A stretch of 61,871 bases of DNA from an uncultured Bdellovibrionales bacterium (GTDB taxonomy: Bacteria > Bdellovibrionota_C > UBA2361 > SZUA-149 > CAYOZL01). Below, one piece after another: positions 18,307 to 28,808 of this stretch. The notes below the pieces were generated by a model. The model saw nothing but the letters and a program-made list of their open reading frames with translations. It did not search any database and had not been told where the DNA came from. The translations under genes and the position numbers were made by a program. Each line of letters begins with the position of its first letter. Positions within the stretch are counted from its first letter, which is position 1. The stretch lies in NCBI GenBank assembly GCA_964408435.1, contig CAYOZL010000007.1:1-61871 (forward strand), written 5' to 3'.

Positions 18307-19073
18307 TGCTAGTTTTAGGTTCAGGATTTCTAGGGGCTCAATTAAAAAAAGATTTCAATGCAATTGGGGTTAGCCGAAGTGGAAAGCACGGTATAAGTAC
18401 AAATCTTTTAAATAAAGCTGATTATTCGAAATTACCAAAAGATCCAAATGTAATCGTATTTGCAGCATCTCCTGATAGCTCTAGTGTCGAATCTTACGAG
18501 GAAGTGTACATAAAAGCACTCGAACAAAGTATTGAGTATGCAAAAGAAATAAAAAATTTAAATAAATTTATTTTAATTTCTAGTACGGGAGTTTATGGAG
18601 AAAATAAGGGTGAGGAAGTAGATGAAAATACTCCCACTCTGCCAAATAGAGAAAATGCAAAAGTAATAATAAGAGCAGAAAAGCTCTTAGCTAATTCTAC
18701 TATCCCTTACTGTGTAATAAGATTTGCAGGAATATATGGCCCAGGTCGAACAAGATTTATTGAAAAAGCTAAACTAGGAGAGTTTGATTTAACAACATGC
18801 AGTTACTCGAATAGAGTGCATGTAAAGGATTGTGCAAGAATAGTTAATCACGCAATAAACTCTAAGAGTAGTTTGTATGTAGGTGTAGATAGTGCGCCTT
18901 GTGATTCAAGGGATGTTGTTCTTTGGATTAGAGAGCAATTAGGCTTGGAAAATAATTATCAATTAAGTAATAGCAATGTAAAAGGAAAACGTTGTTTAAA
19001 TAAGAGGCTTATATCTGAAGGTTTTGAATTTGAGTATCCTTCTTTTAGGGAAGGGTATCGCGAAATGATCTAG
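18306..19073 (+). CDS. NAD-dependent epimerase/SDR family protein (YeeZ-like)
   Basis: GSGFLG, SSTGVYG, GIYGPGR, NRVHVKD, YPSFREG. Confidence 0.88.
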   Translation: MLVLGSGFLGAQLKKDFNAIGVSRSGKHGISTNLLNKADYSKLPKDPNVIVFAASPDSSSVESYEEVYIKALEQSIEYAKEIKNLNKFILISSTGVYGENKGEEVDENTPTLPNRENAKVIIRAEKLLANSTIPYCVIRFAGIYGPGRTRFIEKAKLGEFDLTTCSYSNRVHVKDCARIVNHAINSKSSLYVGVDSAPCDSRDVVLWIREQLGLENNYQLSNSNVKGKRCLNKRLISEGFEFEYPSFREGYREMI

Positions 19074-19083
19074 GTTTTGTGAT

Positions 19084-19470
19084 TTAAACTTCTACGCTGT
19101 TATCAATAGCAATAGGAGTTCCTTCTTTATCTACTGCAACCATCACTACCTCAGCTTCAGTTACCTTAATTTGCTCAGTTTTGCCTATCCCTCTTTCAAC
19201 TTGCACAAGAACTTTAATTGTAATTGAAGTGTTCCCAACTTTTACTGTTTCAGTATAAAAGCTTACAGCGTCCCCAACTTTAACAGGAGCAATGAATTCA
19301 ACTTCGTGCATCACTTTAGTTACGTAGCGAAGGGGAGCTACTCTTTTAGCATGAACAGCTGCAGCTAAATCGATATTACTAAGAATTACACCACCAAAAA
19401 TATTTCCCAAACTATTAGTGTCTTTAGGAAGCATTACGAGTTTTATACTAGGAAGCTTAGTTTTCATCAC
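19084..19470 (-). CDS. Acyl-CoA thioesterase (hot-dog fold, YciA-like)
   Basis: MLPKDTNSLGNIFGG..IDLAA, VGNTSI. Confidence 0.92.
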   Translation of the reverse strand: MMKTKLPSIKLVMLPKDTNSLGNIFGGVILSNIDLAAAVHAKRVAPLRYVTKVMHEVEFIAPVKVGDAVSFYTETVKVGNTSITIKVLVQVERGIGKTEQIKVTEAEVVMVAVDKEGTPIAIDNSVEV

Positions 19471-21898
19471 TTATCAGTAGACTATTATTTTCAATCCAGC
19501 CAGTTCTATTTTTTCCTAAATCAACCAAAGTCCATTTATCGATACTATCTAATGCTAGTAACTCGGTTCCATCACGAAGTTTTTTAATTGCTTGGGAATT
19601 ATAATCAGCTTTACTGTATGCAATAGTCCCTTTGTTCGTAATAATTACTTCAGTCTTTTTTAATCTTTCTTTGCTTATAAGACACCTTTCAATTCCATAA
19701 AGACTATAAGAACTACAGTAGTTTGCTGAGAAGAGATAAATTACTAAAAAAGAACTTATGATAATACCTGCAAAATAATAATTCGTTTTAATAGAATCTT
19801 TAATAATTAATAGAGCGCTAAGAAAAAGAGCAGATGAGAAGAGAAACATTGAGTTGATATTGTTATTAAATAGTGAGTTTTTATTTAGTAAAAGTGGTTT
19901 TTGCTTAAATTCTTTTCTTATTTCCTCTAGCTCAATCTTGCAACACTCTTTATCAAAAGTACTGGCTAGTTTGTAAAAATATATAGCTTTCCCTACTTCT
20001 TTATTCTCTAGATGAGATTTTGCTATTTTAGAATAAACTTTAGAGTTCTTAATGGTTTCTGAGAGTCTTTTATAATCTAGTATTGCATTTTCAAAATCTC
20101 TATCTTGGAAATGCTTTTCTGCTTGAATAGCGAGAGTCTTTTCTTCTTTTGAATAGCTATTACAATGAGTAGTTGAAAGTAAAACAAAGAAAAGAACTAA
20201 TAATTTAGTATCAATCAGGTTTAAATATTTTTTTAATGACTCGCTAATTTCACTAAGGTCAATTTTAGCTGTTTTATCCTTATCCCCTTGATATTTCATT
20301 TCTTCAATCTGTAATAAGGGATTTTTATTTACTATGTCTTTTTCTATAATCTTATTTTCTATTAACTCAATATTAATTTCTTTAATTGTTTTAGAATTAT
20401 AATTTTTATTTGTTTTTTTGTTTAAATAACTTTTAAATACTTTTGTTAAATCTTTCCCGTTTTCTATCTCTTTATTTGCGAGTTCTAAAGCGCTAGTTTT
20501 CTCAGAGTTAGTAGTTTGGTTTTTATTTTTAATAAATCTAAAACACAAAGCTAGTAAAATTAAAAAGATAGAGTAGTAAGGATTGATTTTAAAACCTTTT
20601 TTGTTTTTAAGTATCTCAGATATATTTAAATTTTCTTCTTTTAAATCTTCATCTTCTTGTTCTTCTAATAAGTTTGGTAGCTCAGTCCTTTCATCGAAGT
20701 TGCCTAACACTTGTATTTTTTCTTTTGTAGATACAAGCTTTTTAAATTTTTCATCAAAAGGGTCGAAATAATCTATTTCAAATAATGGAATATCATGCTT
20801 GCCAGAGATAGTGGGAATCATGGAAATTTTAAAAATTTTATTAAATCTAACTCTCCCTTTTTTGTATGATGTATTTGTTTTGCCTTCTTCAATATAAATT
20901 TTAAATTTATCAGTCTTTGGTTTTTTTAATTTAAGTGGTCTTAGATTTGCAAAGCCATTTAAACTTAATGTCATATTTAAGCTTTGGCCTTGCTTTAAGA
21001 AATTTTTATCTAGAGAAGACTTCATGTCTAATTGGCCTACTGGGACGTAGCCTTTAATTTGATTTTTAGGTAATTCTTTAACTTTCACTTTAATTGCTTT
21101 AGTAGAAAATTCTTTTGTTATAGTTCTAGTATTAAAAAAATTACTAAAGAATCTATCATTAAAAAAAGGTGAGTTATTTCTTCTAGTGTTAATATTTGAA
21201 GCTAGTTTAGCTCTAACTAGTCTACTAGGTATTTCTAATTCTCCACTTTTGTTTGGAATTAATGCTTCTTGAAAGGTAGTAATAGTGTTTCTACCTGCCT
21301 GAAAAACCTTTTTTTCATTATTCTTAAGTTTCTCTCTCCAGAACCCATCGATAATTATATCGTTTATACTTCCGCCTAAAAATTTTCTATTACTTATAAT
21401 TTGAACCGTATAAGTAATTTGTTCTCCTACATAAGCAATTTCTTTATCAGTAAATTGATTAATTTTTATTTCTTTAGCAATTTTATTTATGTTTGGAGAA
21501 CTTGAGGAGATGGTAATTTTTTTTCTAGGTAGAGCTACTTTTGCTCCATTGATTGCTATTTCGCCTTCAGGTGTTGTGTATTCCCCAGGTGGTAAGCCTG
21601 CTCTTGGACTTAAGGTGAAAGCAAAAGATACCTCCTTACTTACTGCTCCATTCAAATAGCTAGTTGAATTAGTCGTTCCAGTAGAGTTTATAATAAACTC
21701 TTTAGATTGTTTTATTTTAGGTGTCTTTATTTCTTTAGCATTTTTTATATTAAAGCTTAATATAAAACTTTCATCAGCGCTCCCTTGCTCAGGCTCAAGG
21801 TTTACTAAGATATCTTGAGCAAGACATAGTGAGATATTGAGTGTTAAAACCAGGGTGGCTAAACACGAAAAAAAGTATGTTGAAAATTTACCAATCAT
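19457..21898 (-). CDS. batD: BatD-family protein fused to a TPR/SH3 (BatE-like) C-terminus
   Basis: YVGEQITY, PVGQ, YFDP BatD motifs; C-terminal TPR and W..V...RTGWI SH3-like end; Bat operon context. Confidence 0.75.
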   Translation of the reverse strand: MIGKFSTYFFSCLATLVLTLNISLCLAQDILVNLEPEQGSADESFILSFNIKNAKEIKTPKIKQSKEFIINSTGTTNSTSYLNGAVSKEVSFAFTLSPRAGLPPGEYTTPEGEIAINGAKVALPRKKITISSSSPNINKIAKEIKINQFTDKEIAYVGEQITYTVQIISNRKFLGGSINDIIIDGFWREKLKNNEKKVFQAGRNTITTFQEALIPNKSGELEIPSRLVRAKLASNINTRRNNSPFFNDRFFSNFFNTRTITKEFSTKAIKVKVKELPKNQIKGYVPVGQLDMKSSLDKNFLKQGQSLNMTLSLNGFANLRPLKLKKPKTDKFKIYIEEGKTNTSYKKGRVRFNKIFKISMIPTISGKHDIPLFEIDYFDPFDEKFKKLVSTKEKIQVLGNFDERTELPNLLEEQEDEDLKEENLNISEILKNKKGFKINPYYSIFLILLALCFRFIKNKNQTTNSEKTSALELANKEIENGKDLTKVFKSYLNKKTNKNYNSKTIKEINIELIENKIIEKDIVNKNPLLQIEEMKYQGDKDKTAKIDLSEISESLKKYLNLIDTKLLVLFFVLLSTTHCNSYSKEEKTLAIQAEKHFQDRDFENAILDYKRLSETIKNSKVYSKIAKSHLENKEVGKAIYFYKLASTFDKECCKIELEEIRKEFKQKPLLLNKNSLFNNNINSMFLFSSALFLSALLIIKDSIKTNYYFAGIIISSFLVIYLFSANYCSSYSLYGIERCLISKERLKKTEVIITNKGTIAYSKADYNSQAIKKLRDGTELLALDSIDKWTLVDLGKNRTGWIENNSLLISDEN

Positions 21899-23822
21899 TT
21901 ACAGGTGCTCTTGATTTAAGTTTTTTTAATTGTTCTAAGCTTTTTTTATAACGGTATGTATTATTTGCTACAAAACTTTCTTCAACATTATAAATTTGAG
22001 AAATTATTTGTTCAGAGTCGCTAGCTTCTGAGCTTTTAGAGCCTGCAGAGTCTTGTTGTGTTTCAGATGAAGAGGATGATTCACTACTAGAGGAGCCTTG
22101 GTCGTCTTTTTTAGAGCTACTTTGTTCGGAACTTTCTTGAGAGCTTCCTCCTTCAGAGCTCTGTTCTGAGGAACTCTGTCCTGATGAATTCTCTTTAGAT
22201 GAGTTTTGTTGTGATGATTGTTGATTAGAAGACTCGCTTTGTGAAGAGCTATTTTGTTCTGAGCTACTCTGTGAATTATCTAGTGAACTATTCTGAGAGC
22301 TTTCTTCTGAACTACTTTGTTCTGATCTCTGTTGTTCTGATCTCTGTTGTTCTGAGCTTTCTTGAGAGCTACTAGATGATGAGCTATCAATAAGTTTTTC
22401 TACATATTTAAGATTTTCTTTTGCCTCTGTGTCATTAGAGTTTATTTTTAACGCTTGCTTATATAAAGCTATTGCTTCTTTGTATTTCTCTAACTGAACT
22501 AAGCTGTTTGCCGTATTATAAAGAGCATTTTCTTTAACTTTGTTATTTTTGGCTATTTTTGATGCTTCTGCAAAATTTTCAAATGCCTCGTAAAATTCTC
22601 CTAATCTATAGTGACTAGCACCAAGACCTAATAAGGTATCAACTTTTTTTTCTAATGAATTAAAAATATTCTTAGATTTATTGTATTCACCGATTCTAAA
22701 TTTATCTTTAGCCTCTTTGATATCTGCTAATGATATTTCAGAATTCATAAAGAAAATTATAAAAAATAGTATAGAGAGTTTTTTGCTGCTAAGTTTTTTA
22801 CTATTTAATTTTTTGCCTTTTAAATCTATATTTTTCCAGGCTAAAAATAGCATTAATATCGAAATTAAAAGTGGAATTTGAAAATATTGATTCCATATTT
22901 TTTGATTATTGTTTTTATATTTTTTCTTTTTTAGTGATTGACGAATGCCTTTGTTGTATATGCTAATTATATCTTTATCGGAGCTTACAGATAGAACGTA
23001 TTGTCCTCCTGTTTTTTCTGCCAGCTCTTTTAATTCTTTAACCTTAAGCTTGCTTATAACTAGATTGCCAGCATTGTCTCTTTTTAAGCCTCTTTTAGTT
23101 TTTAATTCCGCCCCTTTTTCTGTTCCAATACCTATTACATAAATGCCAACATTGCTTTTCTCAGCGAGTACTTTTATTTCCTCATATGCATTACTTGAAT
23201 CTTCACCATCTGTAATTATTATAACAGCTTTATCTTTACTGGATTTTGTCCCAGAGACTCTAGTTAGTAATTCAATTGAAGTTTGTAGAGCTACTTTAAT
23301 ATTAGAACCTTTTATTGGAGAGAAGTTTGGATCTAACACCTCAAGGTATGATTGAAATGCCTTGTAATCAGAGGTAAGCGGAACTTCTACGATTGCGCTA
23401 CCAGAAAAAGAAACTAAAGCGATCCTGTCTCCTCTAAGATTCTCAATTAAATCAATGATCTCTCTTTTTGCTCGAGTAAGCCTGTTTGGCTCAATATCTG
23501 TTGCTAGCATGCTCTCGGATACATCAACTGCAATTGCAATGTCTCTTCCTTCTTTAGAAGTTCTGATCTCTTTGTATCCCCATTTAGGTTGTAGAATACA
23601 AAGAGTTAAAAAGAATAATGCGATAGTGCAAAAAAGAATTCTTTTAATTGAAAAATTTACTTTATTAAAAAAATTCTGATTCTTATTGTTATCTGTATTA
23701 AGGAAGAAATTTTTGAAATTTTTTACTAATGTCTTTTGATATTTATTAGCAAAAAAGAAAAAAATTAATAGGACTATTAAGAGATATAAAAAACTTAGAT
23801 TTTCAAATTCAAATTCAGTCAT
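21888..23822 (-). CDS. batB: VWA + TPR protein (BatB/BatC fusion) with Ser/Gln-rich linker
   Basis: DVSESM MIDAS, PLTSD, ITDGED; TPR ALYNTAN..AKENL; ends in DW. Confidence 0.85.
   Translation of the reverse strand: MTEFEFENLSFLYLLIVLLIFFFFANKYQKTLVKNFKNFFLNTDNNKNQNFFNKVNFSIKRILFCTIALFFLTLCILQPKWGYKEIRTSKEGRDIAIAVDVSESMLATDIEPNRLTRAKREIIDLIENLRGDRIALVSFSGSAIVEVPLTSDYKAFQSYLEVLDPNFSPIKGSNIKVALQTSIELLTRVSGTKSSKDKAVIIITDGEDSSNAYEEIKVLAEKSNVGIYVIGIGTEKGAELKTKRGLKRDNAGNLVISKLKVKELKELAEKTGGQYVLSVSSDKDIISIYNKGIRQSLKKKKYKNNNQKIWNQYFQIPLLISILMLFLAWKNIDLKGKKLNSKKLSSKKLSILFFIIFFMNSEISLADIKEAKDKFRIGEYNKSKNIFNSLEKKVDTLLGLGASHYRLGEFYEAFENFAEASKIAKNNKVKENALYNTANSLVQLEKYKEAIALYKQALKINSNDTEAKENLKYVEKLIDSSSSSSSQESSEQQRSEQQRSEQSSSEESSQNSSLDNSQSSSEQNSSSQSESSNQQSSQQNSSKENSSGQSSSEQSSEGGSSQESSEQSSSKKDDQGSSSSESSSSSETQQDSAGSKSSEASDSEQIISQIYNVEESFVANNTYRYKKSLEQLKKLKSRAPVNDW
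22317..22355. repeat. 15-bp tandem repeat (2.6 copies) encoding SEQQR
   Basis: TTGTTCTGATCTCTG twice plus a partial copy. Confidence 0.9.
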
Positions 23823-23846
23823 TTTAAGCCGTTTGTCTAATCTCCT

Positions 23847-24881
23847 TTATACTAAGCTCTTATAAAAAAATACTTGAAGTAACTCAGTTAGTATAATTAG
23901 TATAAAGCCTATTAAGGCAGGAAATAAAAACTTTTCTTCTCGGTTTGTATATTCATTAACTGTGCTTTCTCTTTTTTCTATTTTATCTATTTCTTTATAA
24001 ACTGAGACTAGTTCTTCTGTATTAGCTGCATTAAAATATATTCCACCTGTCTTATTAGCAATTTTTTTGAGAGTTTTTTCATCAAGTGGGACGTCTCTGT
24101 ATTTTATTGATTCCATTCCAAATACATTCACAGTCCTAAACGGAGCTCTATCTGAGCCACCACCAATACCAATAGTATAAACCTTTACTCCCATCGTTTT
24201 CGCTATTTCAGCAGCTTGAAGAGGTTCTATGGAACCAGCAGTTTTATACCCATCAGTAATTAGCACTAATATTTTAGAATCAGACTCAATTTCTCTCAAT
24301 CTTTTTAGAGCTATTGCAATCGAGTCTCCCATTGCAGTAGAGTCTCCTGCCATCCCAACATCTAGGCTTTGAACGTATTCAACTAAAACTTTTGTATCTA
24401 AAGTTAGTGGGCATTGAACAAATGCTTTTTCTCCAAAAACTATTAAGCCCATTCTATCTCCTTGTCTCTCAGAGATGAAGCTTTGTACTACATGTTTTAA
24501 GGCATCCATTCTCTCAACTCTTTGTTCATTAAGAGTAAAGTCTAATGCTTCCATGCTTTTAGAGGCGTCAAGAACAAACATAATATCTCTTCCGCTTTCA
24601 ATTATCTCACTGTAGGAATCTTTAATTTGAGGTCTAGCTAGAGCAAAGATTAGTAAAATTAAAGATAAAGCTCTTAGTATGCTTATCGTATAGGCGTAGC
24701 TTTTAGATTTAAAAGTTTTAGGCAGTTCGGTTAGTGAAGAAAAAGGGAGTGCATTAGTCTTTGTTTTAGAAGTGGTTAAGCCTTTAAAAACATTTCTGAA
24801 AAGACCCCTGAAAAGACTAGGTTCAATTATAAAAGGAATTAGTGCGAGCAATAAAAAGGCTAATGGAGAGTTAAATGTCAT
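23847..24881 (-). CDS. batA: VWA-domain protein BatA
   Basis: ALARPQ, DASKSMEALDF, GDRMGLIVF, ITDG, KVYTIGIG. Confidence 0.9.
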   Translation of the reverse strand: MTFNSPLAFLLLALIPFIIEPSLFRGLFRNVFKGLTTSKTKTNALPFSSLTELPKTFKSKSYAYTISILRALSLILLIFALARPQIKDSYSEIIESGRDIMFVLDASKSMEALDFTLNEQRVERMDALKHVVQSFISERQGDRMGLIVFGEKAFVQCPLTLDTKVLVEYVQSLDVGMAGDSTAMGDSIAIALKRLREIESDSKILVLITDGYKTAGSIEPLQAAEIAKTMGVKVYTIGIGGGSDRAPFRTVNVFGMESIKYRDVPLDEKTLKKIANKTGGIYFNAANTEELVSVYKEIDKIEKRESTVNEYTNREEKFLFPALIGFILIILTELLQVFFYKSLV

Positions 24882-25417
24882 TCAACATTCTCCTCTAGTT
24901 TTTTATCGGCTAGAACTTTATCTATAAGGTTTTGGGAAATAGTTGTTAGTTTTTCAAATTCTTCAAAGTTAGTATAGTCCACATCACTAAAAGTTACTTT
25001 GTCGTAATTTTTCAATACTTTGCTAGTGTTTTCTAGCATTATTTTTTTATTGCTTAGTACTCGTTTAAGTTTTTTAATTACTTCTTCATTCGTTAGCTCA
25101 GTAGCATTGAAATTATAGGCTTGAGCTAGATAGTCTCTAATTGTAATTGAGCTAAGAGAAGAGTACTCTCTAGTAGAGATATTATTATTTTTTAAATCTT
25201 TTAAAATATCTACAAGACTATCTTTAACTTTTTTTTCAGCAGGTATGTTTTTTGCTTTTAATTTTGAATTAAATAATGAAGCTAAGTAAGCAATTAATGC
25301 TAAGCAAGTTAGGGCAATAATAATTTTATCAAAATAATAAGTATCTTTTATAGACTCAGAGCTTAATCCTTTAATGTCGTTAAAGCCTTTAGTGGCATCA
25401 TGTAATAAAGAGCTCAT
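24878..25417 (-). CDS. Bat-operon membrane protein (DUF4381-like)
   Basis: DIKG, TM segment, IRDYL..ELTNEE; lies between DUF58 and batA. Confidence 0.65.
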   Translation of the reverse strand: MSSLLHDATKGFNDIKGLSSESIKDTYYFDKIIIALTCLALIAYLASLFNSKLKAKNIPAEKKVKDSLVDILKDLKNNNISTREYSSLSSITIRDYLAQAYNFNATELTNEEVIKKLKRVLSNKKIMLENTSKVLKNYDKVTFSDVDYTNFEEFEKLTTISQNLIDKVLADKKLEENVE

Positions 25418-26355
25418 ACTTCTATACTTTGCCTAGTTTTCTTAGTAGAGGATTTGGTATTGAAAAACTCTGCTAATCTTTTAGCAATACTATCGCTGGT
25501 ATTGATCTCTAGAGCTTTTACTTGTGCTTTTTCAAATGAGTTTTTTAATTTTACTCTGCTTTGTTTAGAAGATACTTTATATTTTTCTAAAACTTTATTA
25601 TCACTTAAATCTAGTGTTTGAATTTTACCAGTTTCTGGATTTATAACATTTAGTAATCCTATTTTAGGTATTTCTAGATCAGATTTATCGCTAATGTAAA
25701 CAGCAGTGACATCGTGTTTTCTAGATAATGCCCCTAGTGCTTCACTGAAATTATCATCACAAAAATCAGATACAATAAATATTACAGTGTTGCTTTTTAA
25801 AGCTTTCATCATATATCTACAAGCTTTAGAAATAGAAGTTCTAGTTTCTTTTTCTTTTTCCTCTAGGCAATCATGAAGAGCTTTCCATACAACTGCTTTA
25901 GTTCTTTTTGGAGGAGTAAAAGAAATTACATCTCCAGCAAAAGTAAGTATCCCAACCTTATCTCTATTTTGTAATGCAATAAAAGATATTGCAGCTGAAA
26001 CTTTAGCAATTAGCCTATCTTTTAAACCATCACTTGAACCAGTTATAGTAGACTTACTTAAATCTATTGCTAAAACTACTGTTAAGTCTCTTTCTTCTCT
26101 AAAAGACTTTATAAAAGGCTTGCCTGTTCTTGCGGTTACTTTCCAGTCGATTGCTCTTACATCATCGCCTGCTTGGTACTCTCTTAGTTCCTCAAACTCA
26201 ATTCCTCTACCTTTAAACGCACTTTTATATCCACCCGAAACAGATTCAGTGCTAAGTTTTTTTGTGGAAATAAAAAGTTTTCTAAGCTCAGCAAGAAGAG
26301 AATGATCAATGATGTTATTATCTTGCATTTGTTTGTCTTGCTCTGGTCTTTTCAT
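25414..26355 (-). CDS. DUF58 domain protein
   Basis: GRGIEFEELREYQAGDDVRAIDWKVTAR. Confidence 0.95.
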   Translation of the reverse strand: MKRPEQDKQMQDNNIIDHSLLAELRKLFISTKKLSTESVSGGYKSAFKGRGIEFEELREYQAGDDVRAIDWKVTARTGKPFIKSFREERDLTVVLAIDLSKSTITGSSDGLKDRLIAKVSAAISFIALQNRDKVGILTFAGDVISFTPPKRTKAVVWKALHDCLEEKEKETRTSISKACRYMMKALKSNTVIFIVSDFCDDNFSEALGALSRKHDVTAVYISDKSDLEIPKIGLLNVINPETGKIQTLDLSDNKVLEKYKVSSKQSRVKLKNSFEKAQVKALEINTSDSIAKRLAEFFNTKSSTKKTRQSIEV

Positions 26356-26409
26356 CTATTTAACAAGTGAAATGCCTTTTATCTCGGCACGATACTCGGG
26401 GTTGTCTTG

Positions 26410-27399
26410 CTATGGTACTTCGACTCCATCGAGTATCGATTTAATTATATCTTCTGTATTTAAACCCCTAGCTTCAGCTTCATAAGACAAAATAATTCTA
26501 TGTCTTAATATGTCGTAAGCAACATCTTTTATGTTTTGAGGAATTACGTAACTGTCTCCATTAAGCAGTGCTTCTGCTTTTGATGCGAGTAGTAAAGATA
26601 TTGAAGCTCTAGGAGACGCTCCAAGTTCTAGTAATGGGCCAAATTTTAAACCAAAGTCTTCAGGATTTCTTGAGGCTGCTACTATATTTACAATATAACT
26701 TTTGATTCTATCATCAATATAAACTGACTTTAAACATTTTTGTGCGTTTTCAATATCACTAAGGCTAGCAACAGGTTTTTTATCTTCAGAATTATTATCT
26801 TCAGTAACTAAGTTTAAAATTTTTGTTTCTTCTTCAATGCTTGGATAGTCAACTTTAACTTTCATTAAAAATCTATCTACTTGAGCTTCTGGAAGTGGGT
26901 ATGTTCCTTCTTGTTCTACAGGGTTTTGAGTAGCCATTACTAAAAAAGGTTCTGGAACTTCTAAAGTGTTCTCTCCTATAGTTACTTGATGTTCTTGCAT
27001 GATCTCTAACAAGGCAGATTGAACCTTTGCAGGAGCTCTGTTGATTTCATCTGCTAAAACAAAATTTGCAAATATTGGACCTTTTCTAATACTAAAAGTG
27101 CCATCTGCAGGCCGGTAAATTTCAGTTCCAGTTAAATCTGCAGGAAGTAAATCAGGTGTAAATTGAACTCTTTTAAAGCTACCATCAATGCTTTCAGCTA
27201 GTGCTTTAATTGACCTAGTTTTAGCTAAGCCTGGAACTCCTTCAAGTAGAACATGTCCAGAAGTTAATAAGGCAGTTAGAAGTCTCCTTTTTAAAACTGT
27301 TTGACCAATGATATCTTTTTCTAATCTTTGCTCAATATTTTTAAAAACACTAACTGCTTCTTTTATTTTTTCTTCAATCTCTTCGCGATTTTTTTCCAT
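26410..27399 (-). CDS. moxR: MoxR-family AAA+ ATPase
   Basis: LLEGVPGLAKT, RVQFTPDLLPAD, DEINRAPAKVQSALLE, GASPRAS. Confidence 0.96.
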   Translation of the reverse strand: MEKNREEIEEKIKEAVSVFKNIEQRLEKDIIGQTVLKRRLLTALLTSGHVLLEGVPGLAKTRSIKALAESIDGSFKRVQFTPDLLPADLTGTEIYRPADGTFSIRKGPIFANFVLADEINRAPAKVQSALLEIMQEHQVTIGENTLEVPEPFLVMATQNPVEQEGTYPLPEAQVDRFLMKVKVDYPSIEEETKILNLVTEDNNSEDKKPVASLSDIENAQKCLKSVYIDDRIKSYIVNIVAASRNPEDFGLKFGPLLELGASPRASISLLLASKAEALLNGDSYVIPQNIKDVAYDILRHRIILSYEAEARGLNTEDIIKSILDGVEVP

Positions 27400-27434
27400 G
27401 AACTAATTATCTATTAAGTATTATCTATATAAGC

Positions 27435-27980
27435 TTATCTAGATAGAGCGAAGTGAACTCTTCTGTTTTGTGAAAAGTCATAATCATTGTTTCCCGTAGC
27501 TAGAGGAATTTCTTCACCATAACTAACAGTAGAAACTGTATTAGCATCTGCTCCGAAGCTTACTAACATTTGGGCTACACTTCTTGCGCGTTCTTCACCT
27601 AGTGCAAGGTTGTACTCACTAGTTCCTCTGCTATCACAATGACCTTCTACTACGACATTTAGAGTTAGATCTTGAGAAAGTATTTCAGCATTTCTTCTTA
27701 TGCTTTCTACTTGGTCAGGTCTAATTCTTGAAGAATCATAATCAAAGAAAATATCTTGGAATAAACCACCTTCAGCAGCTAATGGAATATTTCCATCACC
27801 GTATTCCAAAGAGTTTCCACCTAGTGTTAAGTCTCTGTCAGTAATACCACTTCCATTAATTCCGCTACCATCTGTATACCCATCTGAGAAACCATCTGAA
27901 GATGAAAATAAAGAGCATGAGCTTAGGTTGATACAAACAGTTAATATTAAAACTAGATTAAGTTTTAGTGTTTTATTCAT
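27435..27980 (-). CDS. pal: Peptidoglycan-associated lipoprotein (Pal/OmpA family)
   Basis: Lipobox LSSC; FDYDSS, EGHCDSRGTSEYNLALGEERA, SYGEE, NRRV. Confidence 0.9.
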   Translation of the reverse strand: MNKTLKLNLVLILTVCINLSSCSLFSSSDGFSDGYTDGSGINGSGITDRDLTLGGNSLEYGDGNIPLAAEGGLFQDIFFDYDSSRIRPDQVESIRRNAEILSQDLTLNVVVEGHCDSRGTSEYNLALGEERARSVAQMLVSFGADANTVSTVSYGEEIPLATGNNDYDFSQNRRVHFALSR

Positions 27981-28103
27981 AGTAGTAGATTCCTCAAAAA
28001 TTTCGACTGATTATAAACCGTTTTTATTCATTCTTACTAGTAGTATTGATTAATTATTTTAAAATGGATAAAACTTATCGGAAATTATGATCGTCAAAAA
28101 TTT

Positions 28104-28802
28104 ATGAAAAAATATATTAGCATTACTATACTCATGATTGTTTTTGTTAGCTTTAATCTTGTATTTGCTAGCAATGCTTTATCTCAGACTGCTTTTACTT
28201 GCTTAGAGCAAAATTCTAGTCAGGAAAGTCAAAACATTTTATCAAAAGTAGCCAAGGATTTTAATTCAATTTCAAGCTTAAAAGCTGATTTTGAGCAACG
28301 CTCTGTTTTACTAGGGTTTAATCACTCACAGGCTTCAGAGGGAAAGTTGGTCTTTAAAAAAGTTGGAATGATGGATTGGCATTATATTAGTCCTGAAGAG
28401 CAAAGATTTGTAACAGATGGACAAGCAGTTTGGTTTTATCAAAAAGCACTAAATCAGGTGACAATAAGCAATTTTAAAAATACTTTTAGCACAGATCTTC
28501 CAGTTTCATTCCTTTTAGGCCTTTCTTCAATAGATAAAGAGTTTAAATTAATTAGTGCTTGTAAGTCTGAGCTGGGATTAGTTTTAAAACTTAACCCTAA
28601 TGAAAAAGATCCAAACCTCTCAAAATTTGAACTAGTAGTAGATGCTATTACTAAATCTCCCTTAGCTGTTAAAATAACTGATGTGGGTGGAAATGATACA
28701 GAGATAATTCTTAAAAATGTAAAGAGAAACGTAGAAGTAGAGAGTAAAAGTTTCAAGTATGAAATTCCTAGGGGAGTAGATGTTATAAACAATAATGTCT
28801 AA
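28104..28802 (+). CDS. lolA: Outer-membrane lipoprotein carrier LolA
   Basis: ADFEQ, WHY..PEEQRFVTDGQAVWFYQKALNQV, IPRGVDVI. Confidence 0.88.
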   Translation: MKKYISITILMIVFVSFNLVFASNALSQTAFTCLEQNSSQESQNILSKVAKDFNSISSLKADFEQRSVLLGFNHSQASEGKLVFKKVGMMDWHYISPEEQRFVTDGQAVWFYQKALNQVTISNFKNTFSTDLPVSFLLGLSSIDKEFKLISACKSELGLVLKLNPNEKDPNLSKFELVVDAITKSPLAVKITDVGGNDTEIILKNVKRNVEVESKSFKYEIPRGVDVINNNV

Positions 28803-28808
28803 ATCTTT

